This document shows positions 28,501 to 42,200 of a stretch of 64,000 bases of DNA, in pieces. The stretch is taken from NCBI RefSeq assembly GCF_009914755.1, contig NC_060925.1. One strand, written 5' to 3'. Position 1 is the stretch's first letter. The number at the start of each line of letters is the position of its first letter. The position numbers were made by a program, and so were the translations under genes. This DNA comes from the human T2T-CHM13v2.0 reference genome, Homo sapiens. Below the pieces are notes generated by a model that did not search any database, was not told the origin of the DNA, and was given only the letters and a program-made list of their open reading frames with translations.

Positions 28501-31500
28501 TGGAATCATCATCAGATGGAAATGAATGGAATCGTCATAGAATGGAATCGAATGGATTCATTGAATGGAATCAGATGGAATCATCGAATGGACTGGAATG
28601 GAATCATTGAATGGACTCGAAAGGGATCATTATTGAATGGAATTGAATGGAATCATCGAATGGTCTCGATTGGAATCATTATCAAACGGAATCGAATGGA
28701 ATCACCAAATAGAATCGAATGGAACAATCATCGAATGGACTCAAATGGAATCATCCTCAAATGGAATGGAATGGAATTATCGAATGCAATCGAATAGAAT
28801 CATCGAATGGACTCGAATGGAATCATCGAATGGAATGGAATGGAACAGTCAATGAACTCGAATGGAATCATCATTGAATGGAATCGAATGGAATCATCGA
28901 GTGGAATCGAATGGAATGATGATCAAATGGAATCTAATGTAATCATCATCAAATGGAATCAAAAATAACCATCATCAATTGGTATTGAATGGAATTGTCA
29001 TCAAATGGAATTCAAAGGAATCATCATCAAATGGAACCGAATGGAATCCTCATTGAATGGAAATGAAAGGGGTCATCATCTAATGGAATCGCATGGAATC
29101 ATCATCAAATGGAATCGAATGGAATCATCATCAAATGGAATCTAATGGAATCATTGAACAGAATTGAATGGAGTCGTCATCGAATGAATTGAATGCAACC
29201 ATCGAATGGTCTCGAATGGAATCATCTTCTAATGGAAAGGAATGGAATCATCGCATAGAATCGAATGGAATTAACATTGAATGGACTCGAATGGAATCAA
29301 CATCAAACGGAATCAAGCGGAATTATCGAATGGAATCGAAGAGAATCATCGAATGGACTCGAATGGAATAATCTAATGGAATTGAATGGAATAATCCACG
29401 GACTCGAATGCAATCATCATCGTATAGAATTGAATGGAATCATCGAATGGACTCGAATGGAATAATCATTGAACGGAATCGAATGGAATCATCATCGGAT
29501 GGAAACGAATGGAATCATCATCGAATGGAAATGAAAGGAGTAATCATCTAATGGAATTGCATGGAATCATCATCAAATGGAATCAAATGGAATCAACAGC
29601 AAATGGAATCAAATGGAATCATTGAACGGAATTGAATGGAATCGTCATCGAATGAATGAATGCAATCATCGAATGGTCTCGAATGCAATCATCTTCAAAT
29701 GGAATGGAATGGAATCATCGCATAGAATCGAATGGAATTATCATCGAATGGAATCGAATGGTAGCAACATCAAACGGAAAAAAACGGAATTATCGAATGG
29801 AATCGAAAAGAATCTTCGAACGGACCCGAATGGAATCATCTAATGGAATGGAATGGAATAATCCACGGACTCGAATGCAATCATCGTCGAATGGAATCGA
29901 ATGGAATCATCGAATGGACTCGAATGGAATAATCATTGAACGGAATCGAATAGAATCATCATCGGATGGAAACGAATGGAATCATCATCGAATGGAAATG
30001 AAAGGAGTCATCATCAAATGGAATTGCATGGAATCATCATCAAATGGAATCGAATGGAATCAACATCAAATGGAATCAAATGGAATCATTGAACGGAATT
30101 TAATGGAATCGTCATCGAATGGATTGAATGCAATCATCGAATGGTCTCGAATGGAAACATCTTCAAATGGAATGGAATGGAATCATCGCATAGAATCGAA
30201 TGGAATTATCATCGAATGGAATAGAATGGTATCAACATCAAACGGAAAAAAACGGAATTATCGAATGGACTGGAATGGAATCATTGAATGGACTCGAAAG
30301 GGATCATGATTGAATGGAATTGAATGGAATCATCGAATGGTCTCGATTGGAATCATTATCAAATGGAATCGAATGGAATCACCGAATAGAATCGAATGGA
30401 ACAATCATCGAATGGACTCAAATGGAATTATGCTCAAATGGAATCGAATGGAATTATCGAATGCAATCGAATGGAATTATCGAATGCAATCGAATAGAAT
30501 CATCGAAAGGACTCGAATGGAATCATCGAATGGAATGGAATGGAACAGTCAATGAACTCGAATGGAATCATCATTGAATGGAATCGAATGGAATCATCGA
30601 GTGGAATCGAATGGAATTATGATCAAATGGAATCGAATGTAATCATCATCAAATGGAATCAAAAATAACCATCCTCAATTGGTATTGAATGGAATTGTCA
30701 TCAAATGGAATTCAAAGGAATCATCATCAAACGGAACCGAATGGAATCCTCATTGAATGGAAATGAAAGGGGTCATCATCTAATGGAATCGCATGGAATC
30801 ATCATCAAATGGAATCGAATGGAATCATCATCAAATGGAATCTAATGGAATCATTGAACAGAATTGAATGGAATCGTCATCGAATGAATTGAATGCAATC
30901 ATCGAATGGTCTCGAATGGAATCATCTTCTAATGGAAAGGAATGGAATCATCGCATAGAATCGAATGGAATTATCATCGAATGGAATCGAATGGTATCAA
31001 CACCAAACGGAAAAAAACGGAATTATCGAATGGAATCGAAGAGAATCTTCGAACGGACCCGAATGGAATCATCTAATGGAATGGAATGGAATAATCCATG
31101 GACTGGAAGGCAATCATCATCGAATGGAATCGAATGGAATCATCGAATGGACTCGAATGGAATAATCATTGAACGGAATCGAATGGAATCATCATCGGAT
31201 GGAAACGAATGGAATCATGATCGAATGGAAATGAAAGGAGTCATCATCTAATGGAATTGTATGGAATCATCATAAAATGGAATCGAATGGAATCAACATC
31301 AAATGGAATCAAATGAAATCATTGAACGGAATTGAATGGAATCGTCATCGAATGAATTGACTGCTATCATCGAATGGTCTCGAATGGAATCATCTTCAAA
31401 TGGAATGGAATGGAATCATCGCATAGAATCGAATGGAATTATCATCGAATGGAATCGAATGGAATCAACATCAAACGGAAAAAAACAGAATTATCGTATG

Positions 31501-33189
31501 GAATCGAAGATAATCATCGAATGGACCCGAATGGAATCATCTAATGGAATGGAATGGAATAATCCATGGACTCGAATGCAATCATCATCGAATGGAATCG
31601 AATGGAATCATCGAATGGACTCGAATGGAATAACCATTGAACGGAATCGAATGGAATCATCATCGGATGGAAATGAATGGAATCATCATCGAATGGAATC
31701 GAATAGAATTATGGAATGAAATCCAGTGTGATCATCATCGAATGGACCCGAATGGAATCATCATCCAACGGAAGCTAATGGAATCAACATCGAATGAATC
31801 GAATGGAAACACCATCGAATTGAAACGAATGGAATTATCATGAAATTGAAATGGATGGACTCATCATCGCATGGATTCGAATGGAATCATCGAATAAAAT
31901 TGATTGAAATCATCATCAAATGGAATCGAATGGTATCATTGAATGGAATCGAATGGAATCATCATCAGATGGAAATGAATGGAATCGTCATAGAATGGAA
32001 TCGAATGGATTCATTGAATGGAATCAGATGGAATCATCGAATGGACTGGAATGGAATCATTGAATGGACTCGAAAGGGATCATTATTGAATGAAATTGAA
32101 TGGAATCATCGAATGGTCTCGATTGGAATCATTACCAAAAGGTATCGAATGGAATCACCGAATAGAATCGAATGGAACAATCATCGAATGGACTCAAATG
32201 GAATTATCCTCAAATGGAATCGAATGGAATTATCGAATGCAATCGAATGGAATTATCGAATGCAATCGAATAGAATCATCGAAAGGACTCGAATGGAATC
32301 ATCGAATGGAATGGAATGGAACAGTCAATGAACTCGAATGGAATCATCATTGAATGGAATCGAATGGAATCATCGAGTGGAATCGAATGGAATTATGATC
32401 AAATGGAATCGAATGTAATCATCATCAAATGGAATCAAAAATAACCATCATCAATTGGTATGGAATGGAATTGTCATCAAATGGAATTCAAAGGAATCAT
32501 CATCAAATGGAACCGAATGGAATCCTCATTGAATGGAAATGAAAGGGGTCATCATCTAATGGAATCGCATGGAATCATCATCAAATGGAATCGAATGGAA
32601 TCATCATCAAATGGAATCTAATGGAATCATTGAAAAGAATTGAATGGAATCGTCATCGAATGAATTGAATGCAATCATCGAATGGTCTCGAATGGAATCA
32701 TCTTCTAATGGAAAGGAATGGAATCATCGCATAGAATCGAATGGAATTATCATCGAATGGAATCGAATGGTATCAACACCAAACGGAAAAAAACGGAATT
32801 ATCGAATGGAATCGAAGAGAATCTTCGAACGGACCCGAATGGAATCATCTAATGGAATGGAATGGAATAATCCATGGACTCGAATGCAATCATCATCGAA
32901 TGGAATCGAATGGAATCATCGAATGGACTCGAATGGAATAATCATTGAACGGAATCAAATGGAATCATCATTGGATGGAAACGAATGGAATCATCATCGA
33001 ATGGAAATGAAAGGAGTCATCATCTAATGGAATTGCATGGAATCATCATAAAATGGAATCGAATGGAATCAACATCAAATGGAATCAAATGGAATCATTG
33101 AACGGAATTGAATGGAATCGTCATCGAATGAATTGACTGCAATCATCGAATGGTCTCGAATGGAATCATCTTCAAATGGAATGGAATGG

Positions 33190-33290
33190 AATCATCGCAT
33201 AGAATCGAATGGAATTATCATCGAATGGAATCGAATGGAATCATCGCATAGAATCGAATGGAATTATCATCGAATGGAATCGAATGGAAT
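33190..33290 (+). repeat. 49-bp local tandem duplication
   Basis: ATCATCGCATAGAATCGAATGGAATTATCATCGAATGGAATCGAATGGA occurs twice in tandem. Unit 31840-33665 is 1825 = 1776+49. Confidence 0.9.
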
Positions 33291-36200
33291 CAACATCAAA
33301 CGGAAAAAAACGGAATTATCGTATGGAATCGAAGAGAATCATCGAATGGACCCGAATGGAATCATCTAATGGTATGGAATGGAATAATCCATGGACTCGA
33401 ATGCAATCATCATCGAATGGAATCGAATGGAATCATCGAATGGACTCGAATGGAATAATCATTGAACGGAATCGAATGGAATCATCATCGGATGGAAATG
33501 AATGGAATCATCATCGAATGGAATCGAATAGAATTATGGAATGAAATCCAGTGTCATCATCATCGAATGGACCCGAATGGAATCATCATCCAACGGAAGC
33601 TAATGGAATCAACATCGAATGAATCGAATGGAAACACCATCGAATTGAAACGAATGGAATTATCATGAAATTGAAATGGATGGACTCATCATCGAATGGA
33701 TTCGAATGGAATCATCGAATAAAATTGATTGAAATCATCAACAAATGGAATCGAATGGTATCATTGAATGGAATCGAATGGAATCATCATCAGATGGAAA
33801 TGAATGGAATCGTCATAGAATGGAATCGAATGGATTCATTGAATGGAATCAGATGGAATCATCGAATGGACTGGAATGGAATCATTGAATGGACACGAAA
33901 GGAATCATTATTGAATGGAATTGAATGGAATCATCGAATGGTCTCGATTGGAATCATTATCAAATGGAATCGAATGGAATCACCGAATAGAATCGAATGG
34001 AACAATCATCGAATGGACTCAAATGGAATTATCCTCAAATGGAATCGAATGGAAATATCGAATGCAATCGAATGGAATTATCGAATGCAATCGAATAGAA
34101 TCATCGAATGGACTCGAATGGAATCATCGAATGGAATGGAATGGAACAGTCAATGAACTCGAATGGAATCATCATTGAATGGAATCGAATGGAATCATCG
34201 AGTGGAATCGAATGGAATTATGATCAAATGGAATCGAATGTAATCATCATCAAATGGAATCAAAAATAACCATCATCAATTGGTATTGAATGGAATTCTC
34301 ATCAAATGGAATTCAAAGGAATCATCATCAAATGGAACCGAATGGAATCCTCATTGAATGGAAATGAAAGGGGTCATCATCTAATGGAATCGCATGGAAT
34401 CATCATCAAATGGAATCGAATGGAATCATCATCAAATGGAATCTAATGGAATCATTGAACAGAATTGAATGGAATCGTCATCGAATGAATTGAATGCAAT
34501 CATCGAATGGTCTCGAATGGAACCATCTTCTAATGGAAAGGAATGGAATCATCGCATAGAATCGAATGGAACAATCATCGAATGGACTCAAATGGAATTA
34601 TCCTCAAATGGAATGGAATGGAATTATCGAATGCAATCGAATGGAATTATAGAATGCAATCGAATAGAATCATCGAATGGACTCGAATGGAATAATCATT
34701 GAACGGAATCGAATGGAATCATCATCGGATGGAAACGAATGGAATCATCATCGAATGGAAATGAAAGGAGTCATCATCTAATGGAATCGCATGGAATCAT
34801 GATAAAATGGAATCGAATGGAATCAACATCAAATGGAATCAAATGGAATCATTGAACGGAATTGAATGGAATCGTCATCGAATAAATTGAATGCAATCAT
34901 CGAATGGTCTCGAATGGAATCATCTTCAAATGGAATGGAATGGAATCATCGCATAGAATCGAATGGAATTATCATCGAATGGAATCGAATGGAATCAACA
35001 TCAAACGGAAAAAAACGGAATTATCGAATGGAATCGAAGAGAATCATCGAATGGACCCGAATGGAATCATCTAATGGAATGGAATGGAATAATCCATGGA
35101 CTCGAATGCAATCATCATCGAATGGAATCGAATGGAATCATCGAATGGACTCGAATGGAATAATCATGGAACGGAATCGAATGGAATCATCATCGGATGG
35201 AAATGAAAGGAGTCATCATCTAATGGAATTGCATGGAATCATCATAAAATGGAATCGAATGGAATCAACATCAAATGGAATCAAATGGAATCATTGAACG
35301 GAATTGAATGGAATCGTCATCGAATGAATTGAATGCAATCATCGAATGGTCTCGAATGGAATCATCTTCAAATGGAATGGAATGGAATCATTGCATAGAA
35401 TCGAATGGAATTGTCATCGAATGGAATCGAATGGAATCAACATCAAACGGAAAAAAACGGAATTATCGAATGGAATCGAAGAGAATCATCGAATGGACCC
35501 GAATGGAATCATCTAATGGAATGGAATGGAATAATCCATGGACTCGAATGCAATCATCATCGAATGGAATCGAATGGAATCATCGAATGGACTCGAATGG
35601 AATAATCATTGAACGGAATCGAATAGAATCATCATCGGATGGAAATGAATGGAATCATCATCGAATGGAATCGAATAGAATTATGGAATGAAATCCAGTG
35701 TGATCATCATCGAATGGACCCGAATGGAATCATCATCCAACGGATGCTAATGGAATCAACATCGAATGAATCAAATGGAAACACCATCGAATTGAAACGA
35801 ATGGAATTACCATGAAATTGAAATGGATGGACTCATCATCGAATGGATTCGAAAGGAATCATCGAATAAAATTGATTAAAATCATCATCGAATGGAATCG
35901 AATGGTATCATTGAATGGAATCGAATGGAATCATCATCAGATGGAAATGAATGGAATCGTCATAGAATGGAATCGAATGGATTCATTGAATGGAATCAGA
36001 TGGAATCATCGAATGGACTGGAATGGAATCATTGAATGGACTCGAAAGGGATCATGATTGAATGGAATTGAATGGAATCATCGAATGGTCTCGATTGGAA
36101 TCATTATCAAATGGAATCGAACGGAATCACCGAACAGAATCGAATGGAACAATCATCGAATGGACTCAAATGGAATTATCCTCAAATGGAATCGAATGGA

Positions 36201-39200
36201 AATATCGAATGCATTCGAATGGAATTATTGAATGCAATCGAATAGAATCATCGAATGGACTCGAATGGAATCATCGAATGGAATGGAATGGAACAGTCAA
36301 TGAACTCGAATGGAATCATCATTGAATGGAATCGAATGGAATCATCGAGTGGAATCGAATGGAATTATGATCAAATGGAATCGAATGTAATCCTCATCAA
36401 ATGGAATCAAAAATAACCATCATCAATTGGTATTCAATGGAATTGTCATCAAATGGAATTCAAAGGAATCATCATCAAATGGAACCGAATGGAATCCTCA
36501 TTGAATGGAAATGAAAGGGGTCATCATCTAATGGAATCGCATGGAATCATCATCAAATGGAATCGAATGGAATCATCATCAAATGGAATCTAATGGAATC
36601 ATTGAACAGAATTTAATGGAATCGTCATCGAATGAATTGAATGCAATCATCGAATGGTCTCGAATGGAACCATCTTCTAATGGAAAGGAATGGAATCATC
36701 GCATAGAATCGAATGGAATTGTCATCGAATGGAATCGAATGGTATCAACACCAAACGGAAAAAAACGGTATTATAGAATGGAATCGAAGAGAATCTTCGA
36801 ACGGACCCGAATGGAATCATCTAATGGAATGGAATGGAATAATCCATGGACTCGAATGCAATCATCATCGAATGGAATCGAATGGAATCATCGAATGGAC
36901 TCGAATGGAATAATCATTGAACGGAATCGAATGGAATCATCATCGGATGGAAACGAATGGAATCATCATCGAATGGGAATGAAAGGAGTCATCATCTAAT
37001 GGAATTGCATGGAATCATCATAAAATGGAATCGAATGGAATCAACATCAAATGGAATCAAATGGAATCATTGAACGGAATTGAATGGAATCGTCATCGAA
37101 TGAATTGAATGCAATCATCGAATGGTCTCGAATGGAATCATCTTCAAATGGAATGGAATGGAATCATCGCATAGAATCGAATGGAATTATCATCGAATGC
37201 AATCGAATGGAATCAACACCAAACGGAAAAAAACGGAATTATCGAATGGAATCGAAGAGAATCATCGAATGGACCCGAATGGAATCATCTAATGGAATGG
37301 AATGGAATAATCCAAGGACTCGAATGCAATCATCATCGAATGGAATCGAATGGAATCATCGAATGGACTCGAATGGAATAATCATTGAACGGAATCGAAT
37401 GGAATCATCATCGGATGGAAATGAATGGAATCGTCATCGAATGGAATCGAATAGAATTATGGAATGAAATCCAGTGTGATCATCATCGAATGGACCTGAA
37501 TGGAATCATCATCCAACGGAAGCTAATGGAATCATCATCGAATGAATCAAATGGAAACACCATCGAATTGAAACGAATGGAATTACCATGAAATTGAAAT
37601 GGATGGACTCATCATCAAATGTGTTCGAATGGAATCATCGAATAAAATTGATTGAAATCATCATCGAATGGAATCGAATGGTATCATTGAATGGAATCGA
37701 ATGGAATCCTCATTGAATGGAAATGAAAGGGGTCATCATCTAATGGAATCGCATGGAATCATCATCAAATGGAATCGAATGGAATCATCATCAAATGGAA
37801 TCTAATGGAATCATTGAAAGAATTGAATGGAATCATCATCGAATGAATTGAATGCAATCATCGAATGTTCCCGAATGGAATCATCTTCTAATGGAAAGGA
37901 ATGGAATCATCGCATAGAATCGAATGGAATTATCATCGAATGGAATCGAATGGTATCAACACCAAACGGAAAAAAACGGAATTATCGAATGGAATCGAAG
38001 AGAATCTTCGAACGGACCCGAATGGAATCATCTAATGGAATGGAATGGAATAATCCATGGACTCGAATGCAATCATCATCGAATGGAATCGAATGGAATC
38101 ATCGAATGGACTCGAATGGAATAATCATTGAACGGAATCGAATGGAATCATCATCGGATGGAAACGAATGGAATCATCATCGAATGGAAATGAAAGGAGT
38201 CATCATCTAATGGAATTGCATGGAATCATCATCAAATGGAATCGAATGGAATCAACATCAAATGGAATCAAATGGAATCATTGAACGGAATTGAATGGAA
38301 TCGTCATCGAATGAATTGAATTCAATCATCGAATGGTCTCGAATGGAATCATCTTCAAATGGAATGGAATGGAATCATCGCATAGAATCGAATGGAATTA
38401 TCATCGAATGGAATCGAATGGAATCAACATCAAACGGAAAAAAACGGAATTATCGAATGGAATCGAAGAGAATCATCGAATGGACCCGAATGGAATCATC
38501 TAATGGAATGGAATGGAATAATCGATGGACTCGAATGCAATCATCATTGAATGGAATCGAATGGAATCATCGAATGGACTCGAATGGAATAATCATTGAA
38601 CGGAATCGAATGGAATCATCATCGGATGGAAATGAATGGAATCATCATCGAATGGAATCGAATAGAATTATGGAATGAAATCCAGTGTGATCATCATCGA
38701 ATGGACCCGAATGGAATCATCATCCAACGGAAGCTAATGGAATCAATATCGAATGAATCAAATGGAAACACCATCGAATTTAAACGAATGGAATTACCAT
38801 GAAATTGAAATGGATGGAGGACTCGAAAGGGATCATTATTGAATGGAATTGAATGGAATCATCGAATGGTCTCGTTTGGAATCATTATCAAATGGAATCG
38901 AATGGAATCACCGAATAGAATCGAATGGAACAATCATCGAATGGACTCAAATGGAATTATCCTCAAATGGAATTGAATGGAATTATCGAATGCAATCGAA
39001 TGGAATTATCGAATGCAATCGAATAGAATCATCGAATGGATTCGAATGGAATCATCGAATGGAATGGAATGGAACAGTCAATGAACTCGAATGGAATCAT
39101 CATTGAATGGAATCGAATGGAATCATCGAGTGGAATCGAATGTAATCATCATCAAATGGAATCAAAAATAACCATCATCAAATGGAATCAAAAATAACCA

Positions 39201-42200
39201 TCATCAATTTGTATTGAATGGAATTCTCATCAAATGGAATTCAAAGGAATCATCATCAAATGGAACCGAATGGAATCCTCATTGAATGGAAATGAAAGGG
39301 GTCATCATCTAATGGAATCGCATGGAATCATCATAAAATGGAATCGAATGGAATCAACATCAAATGGAATCAAATGGAATCATTGAACGGAATTGAATGG
39401 AATCGTCATCGAATGAATTGAATGCAATCATCGAATGGTCTCGAATGGAATCATCTTCAAATGGAATGGAATGGAATCATCGCATAGAATCGAATGGAAT
39501 TATCATCGAATGGAATCGAATGGAATCAACACCAAACGGGAAAAAACGGAATTATCGAATGGAATCGAAGAGAATCATCGAATGGACCCGAATGGAATCA
39601 TCTAATGGAATGGAATGGAATAATCCATGGACTGGAATGCAATCATCATCGAATGGAATCGAATGGAATCATCGAATGGACTCGAATGGAATAATCATTG
39701 AACGGAATCGAATGGAATCATCATCGGATGGAAACGAATGGAATCATCATCGAATGGAATCGAATAGAATTATGGAATGAAATCCAGTGTGATCATCATC
39801 GAATGGACCCGAATGGAATCATCATCCAACGGAAGCTAATGGAATCAACATCGAATGAATCAAATGGAAACACCATCGAATTGAAACGAATGGAATTACC
39901 ATGAAATTGAAATGGATGGACTCATCATCAAATGGATTCGAATGGAATCATCGAATAAAATTGATTGAAATCATCATCGAATGGAATCGAATGGTATCAT
40001 TGAATGGAATCGAATGGAATCATCATCAGATGGAAATGAATGGAATCGTCATAGAATGGAATCGAATGGATTCATTGAATGGAATCAGATGGAATCATTG
40101 AATGGACTGGAATGGAATCATTGAATGGACTCGAAAGGGATCATTATTGAATGGAATTGAATGGAATCATCGAATGGTCTCGATTGGAATCATTATCAAA
40201 TGGAATCGAATGGAATCACCGAATAGAATCGAATGGAACAATCATCGAATGGACTCAAATGGAATTATCCTCCAATGGAATCGAATGGAATTATCGAATG
40301 CAATCGAATGGAATTATCGAATGCAATCGAATAGAATCATCGAATGGACTCGAATGGAATCATCGAACGGAATGGAATGGAACAGTCAATGAACTCGAAT
40401 GGAATCATCATTGAATGGAATCGAATGGAATCATCGAGTGGAATCGAAAGGAATTATGACCAAATGGAATCGAATGTAATCATCATCAAATGGAATCAAA
40501 AATAACCATCATCAATTGGTATTGAATGGAATTGTCATCAAATGGAATTCAAAGGAATCATCATCAAATGGAACCGAATGGAATCCTCATTGAATGGAAA
40601 TGAAAGGGGTCATCATCTAATGGAATCGCATGGAATCATCATCAAATGGAATCGAATGGAATCATCATCAAATGGAATCTAATGGAATCATTGAAAAGAA
40701 TTGAATGGAATCGTCATCGAATGAATTGAAAGCAATCATCGAATGGTCTCGAATGGAATCATCTTCTAATGGAAAGGAATGGAATCATCGCATAGAATCG
40801 AATGGAATTATCATTGAATGGAATCGAATGGTATCAACACCAAACGGAAAAAAACGGAATTATCGAATGGAATCGAAGAGAATCTTCGAACGGACCCGAA
40901 TGGAATCATCTAATGGAATGGAATGGAATAATCCATGGACTCGAATGCAATCATCATCGAATGGAATCGAATGGAATCATCGAATGGACTCGAATGGAAT
41001 AATCATTGAACGGAATCGAATGGAATCATCATCGGATGGAAACGAATGGAATCATCATCGAATGGAAATGAAAGGAGTCATCATCTAATGGAATTGCATG
41101 GAATCACCATAAAATGGAATCGAATAGAATCAACATCAAATGGAATCAAATGGAATCATTGAACGGAATTGAATGGAATCGTCATCGAATGAATTGAATG
41201 CAATCATCGAATGGTCTCGAATGGAATCATCTTCAAATGGAATGGAATGGAATCATCGCATAGAATCGAATGGTATTATCATCGAATGGAATCGAATGGA
41301 ATCAACATCAAACGGAAAAAAACGGAATTATCGAATGGAATCGAAGAGAATCATCGAATGGACCCGAATGGAATCATCTAATGGAATGGAATGGAATAAT
41401 CCATGGACTCGAATGCAATCATCATCGAATGGAATCGAATGGAATCATCGAATGGACTCGAATGGAATAATCATTGAACGGAATCGAATGGAATCATCAT
41501 CGGATGGAAATGAAAGGAGTCATCATCTAATGGAATTGCATGGAATCATCATAAAATGGAATCGAATGTAATCAACATCAAATGGACTGAAATGGAATCA
41601 TTGAACGGAGTTGAATGGAATCGTCATCGAATGAATTGAATGCAATCATCGAATGGTCTCGAATGGAATCATCTTCAAATGGAATGGAATGGAATTATCG
41701 CATAGAATCGAATGGAATTATCATCGAATGGAATCGAAAGGAATCAACATCAAACGGAAACATACGGAATTATCGAATGGAATCGAAGAGAATCATCGAA
41801 TGGACCCGAATGGAATCATCTAATGGAATGGAATGGAATAATCCATGGACTCGAATGCAATCATCATCGAATGGAATCGAATGGAATCATCGAATGGACT
41901 CGTATGGAATAATCATTGAACGGAATCGAATGGAATCGTCATCGGATGGAAATGAATGGAATCATCATCGAATGCAATCGAATAGAATTATGGAATGAAA
42001 TCCAGCGTGATCATCATCGAATGGACCCGAATGGAATCATCATCCAACGGAAGATAATGGAATCAACATCGAATGAATCGAATGGAAACACCATCGAATT
42101 GAAACGAATGGAATTACAATGAAATTGAAATGGATGGACTCATCATCGAATGGATTCCAATGGAATCATCGAATAAAATTGATTGAAATCATCATCGAAT

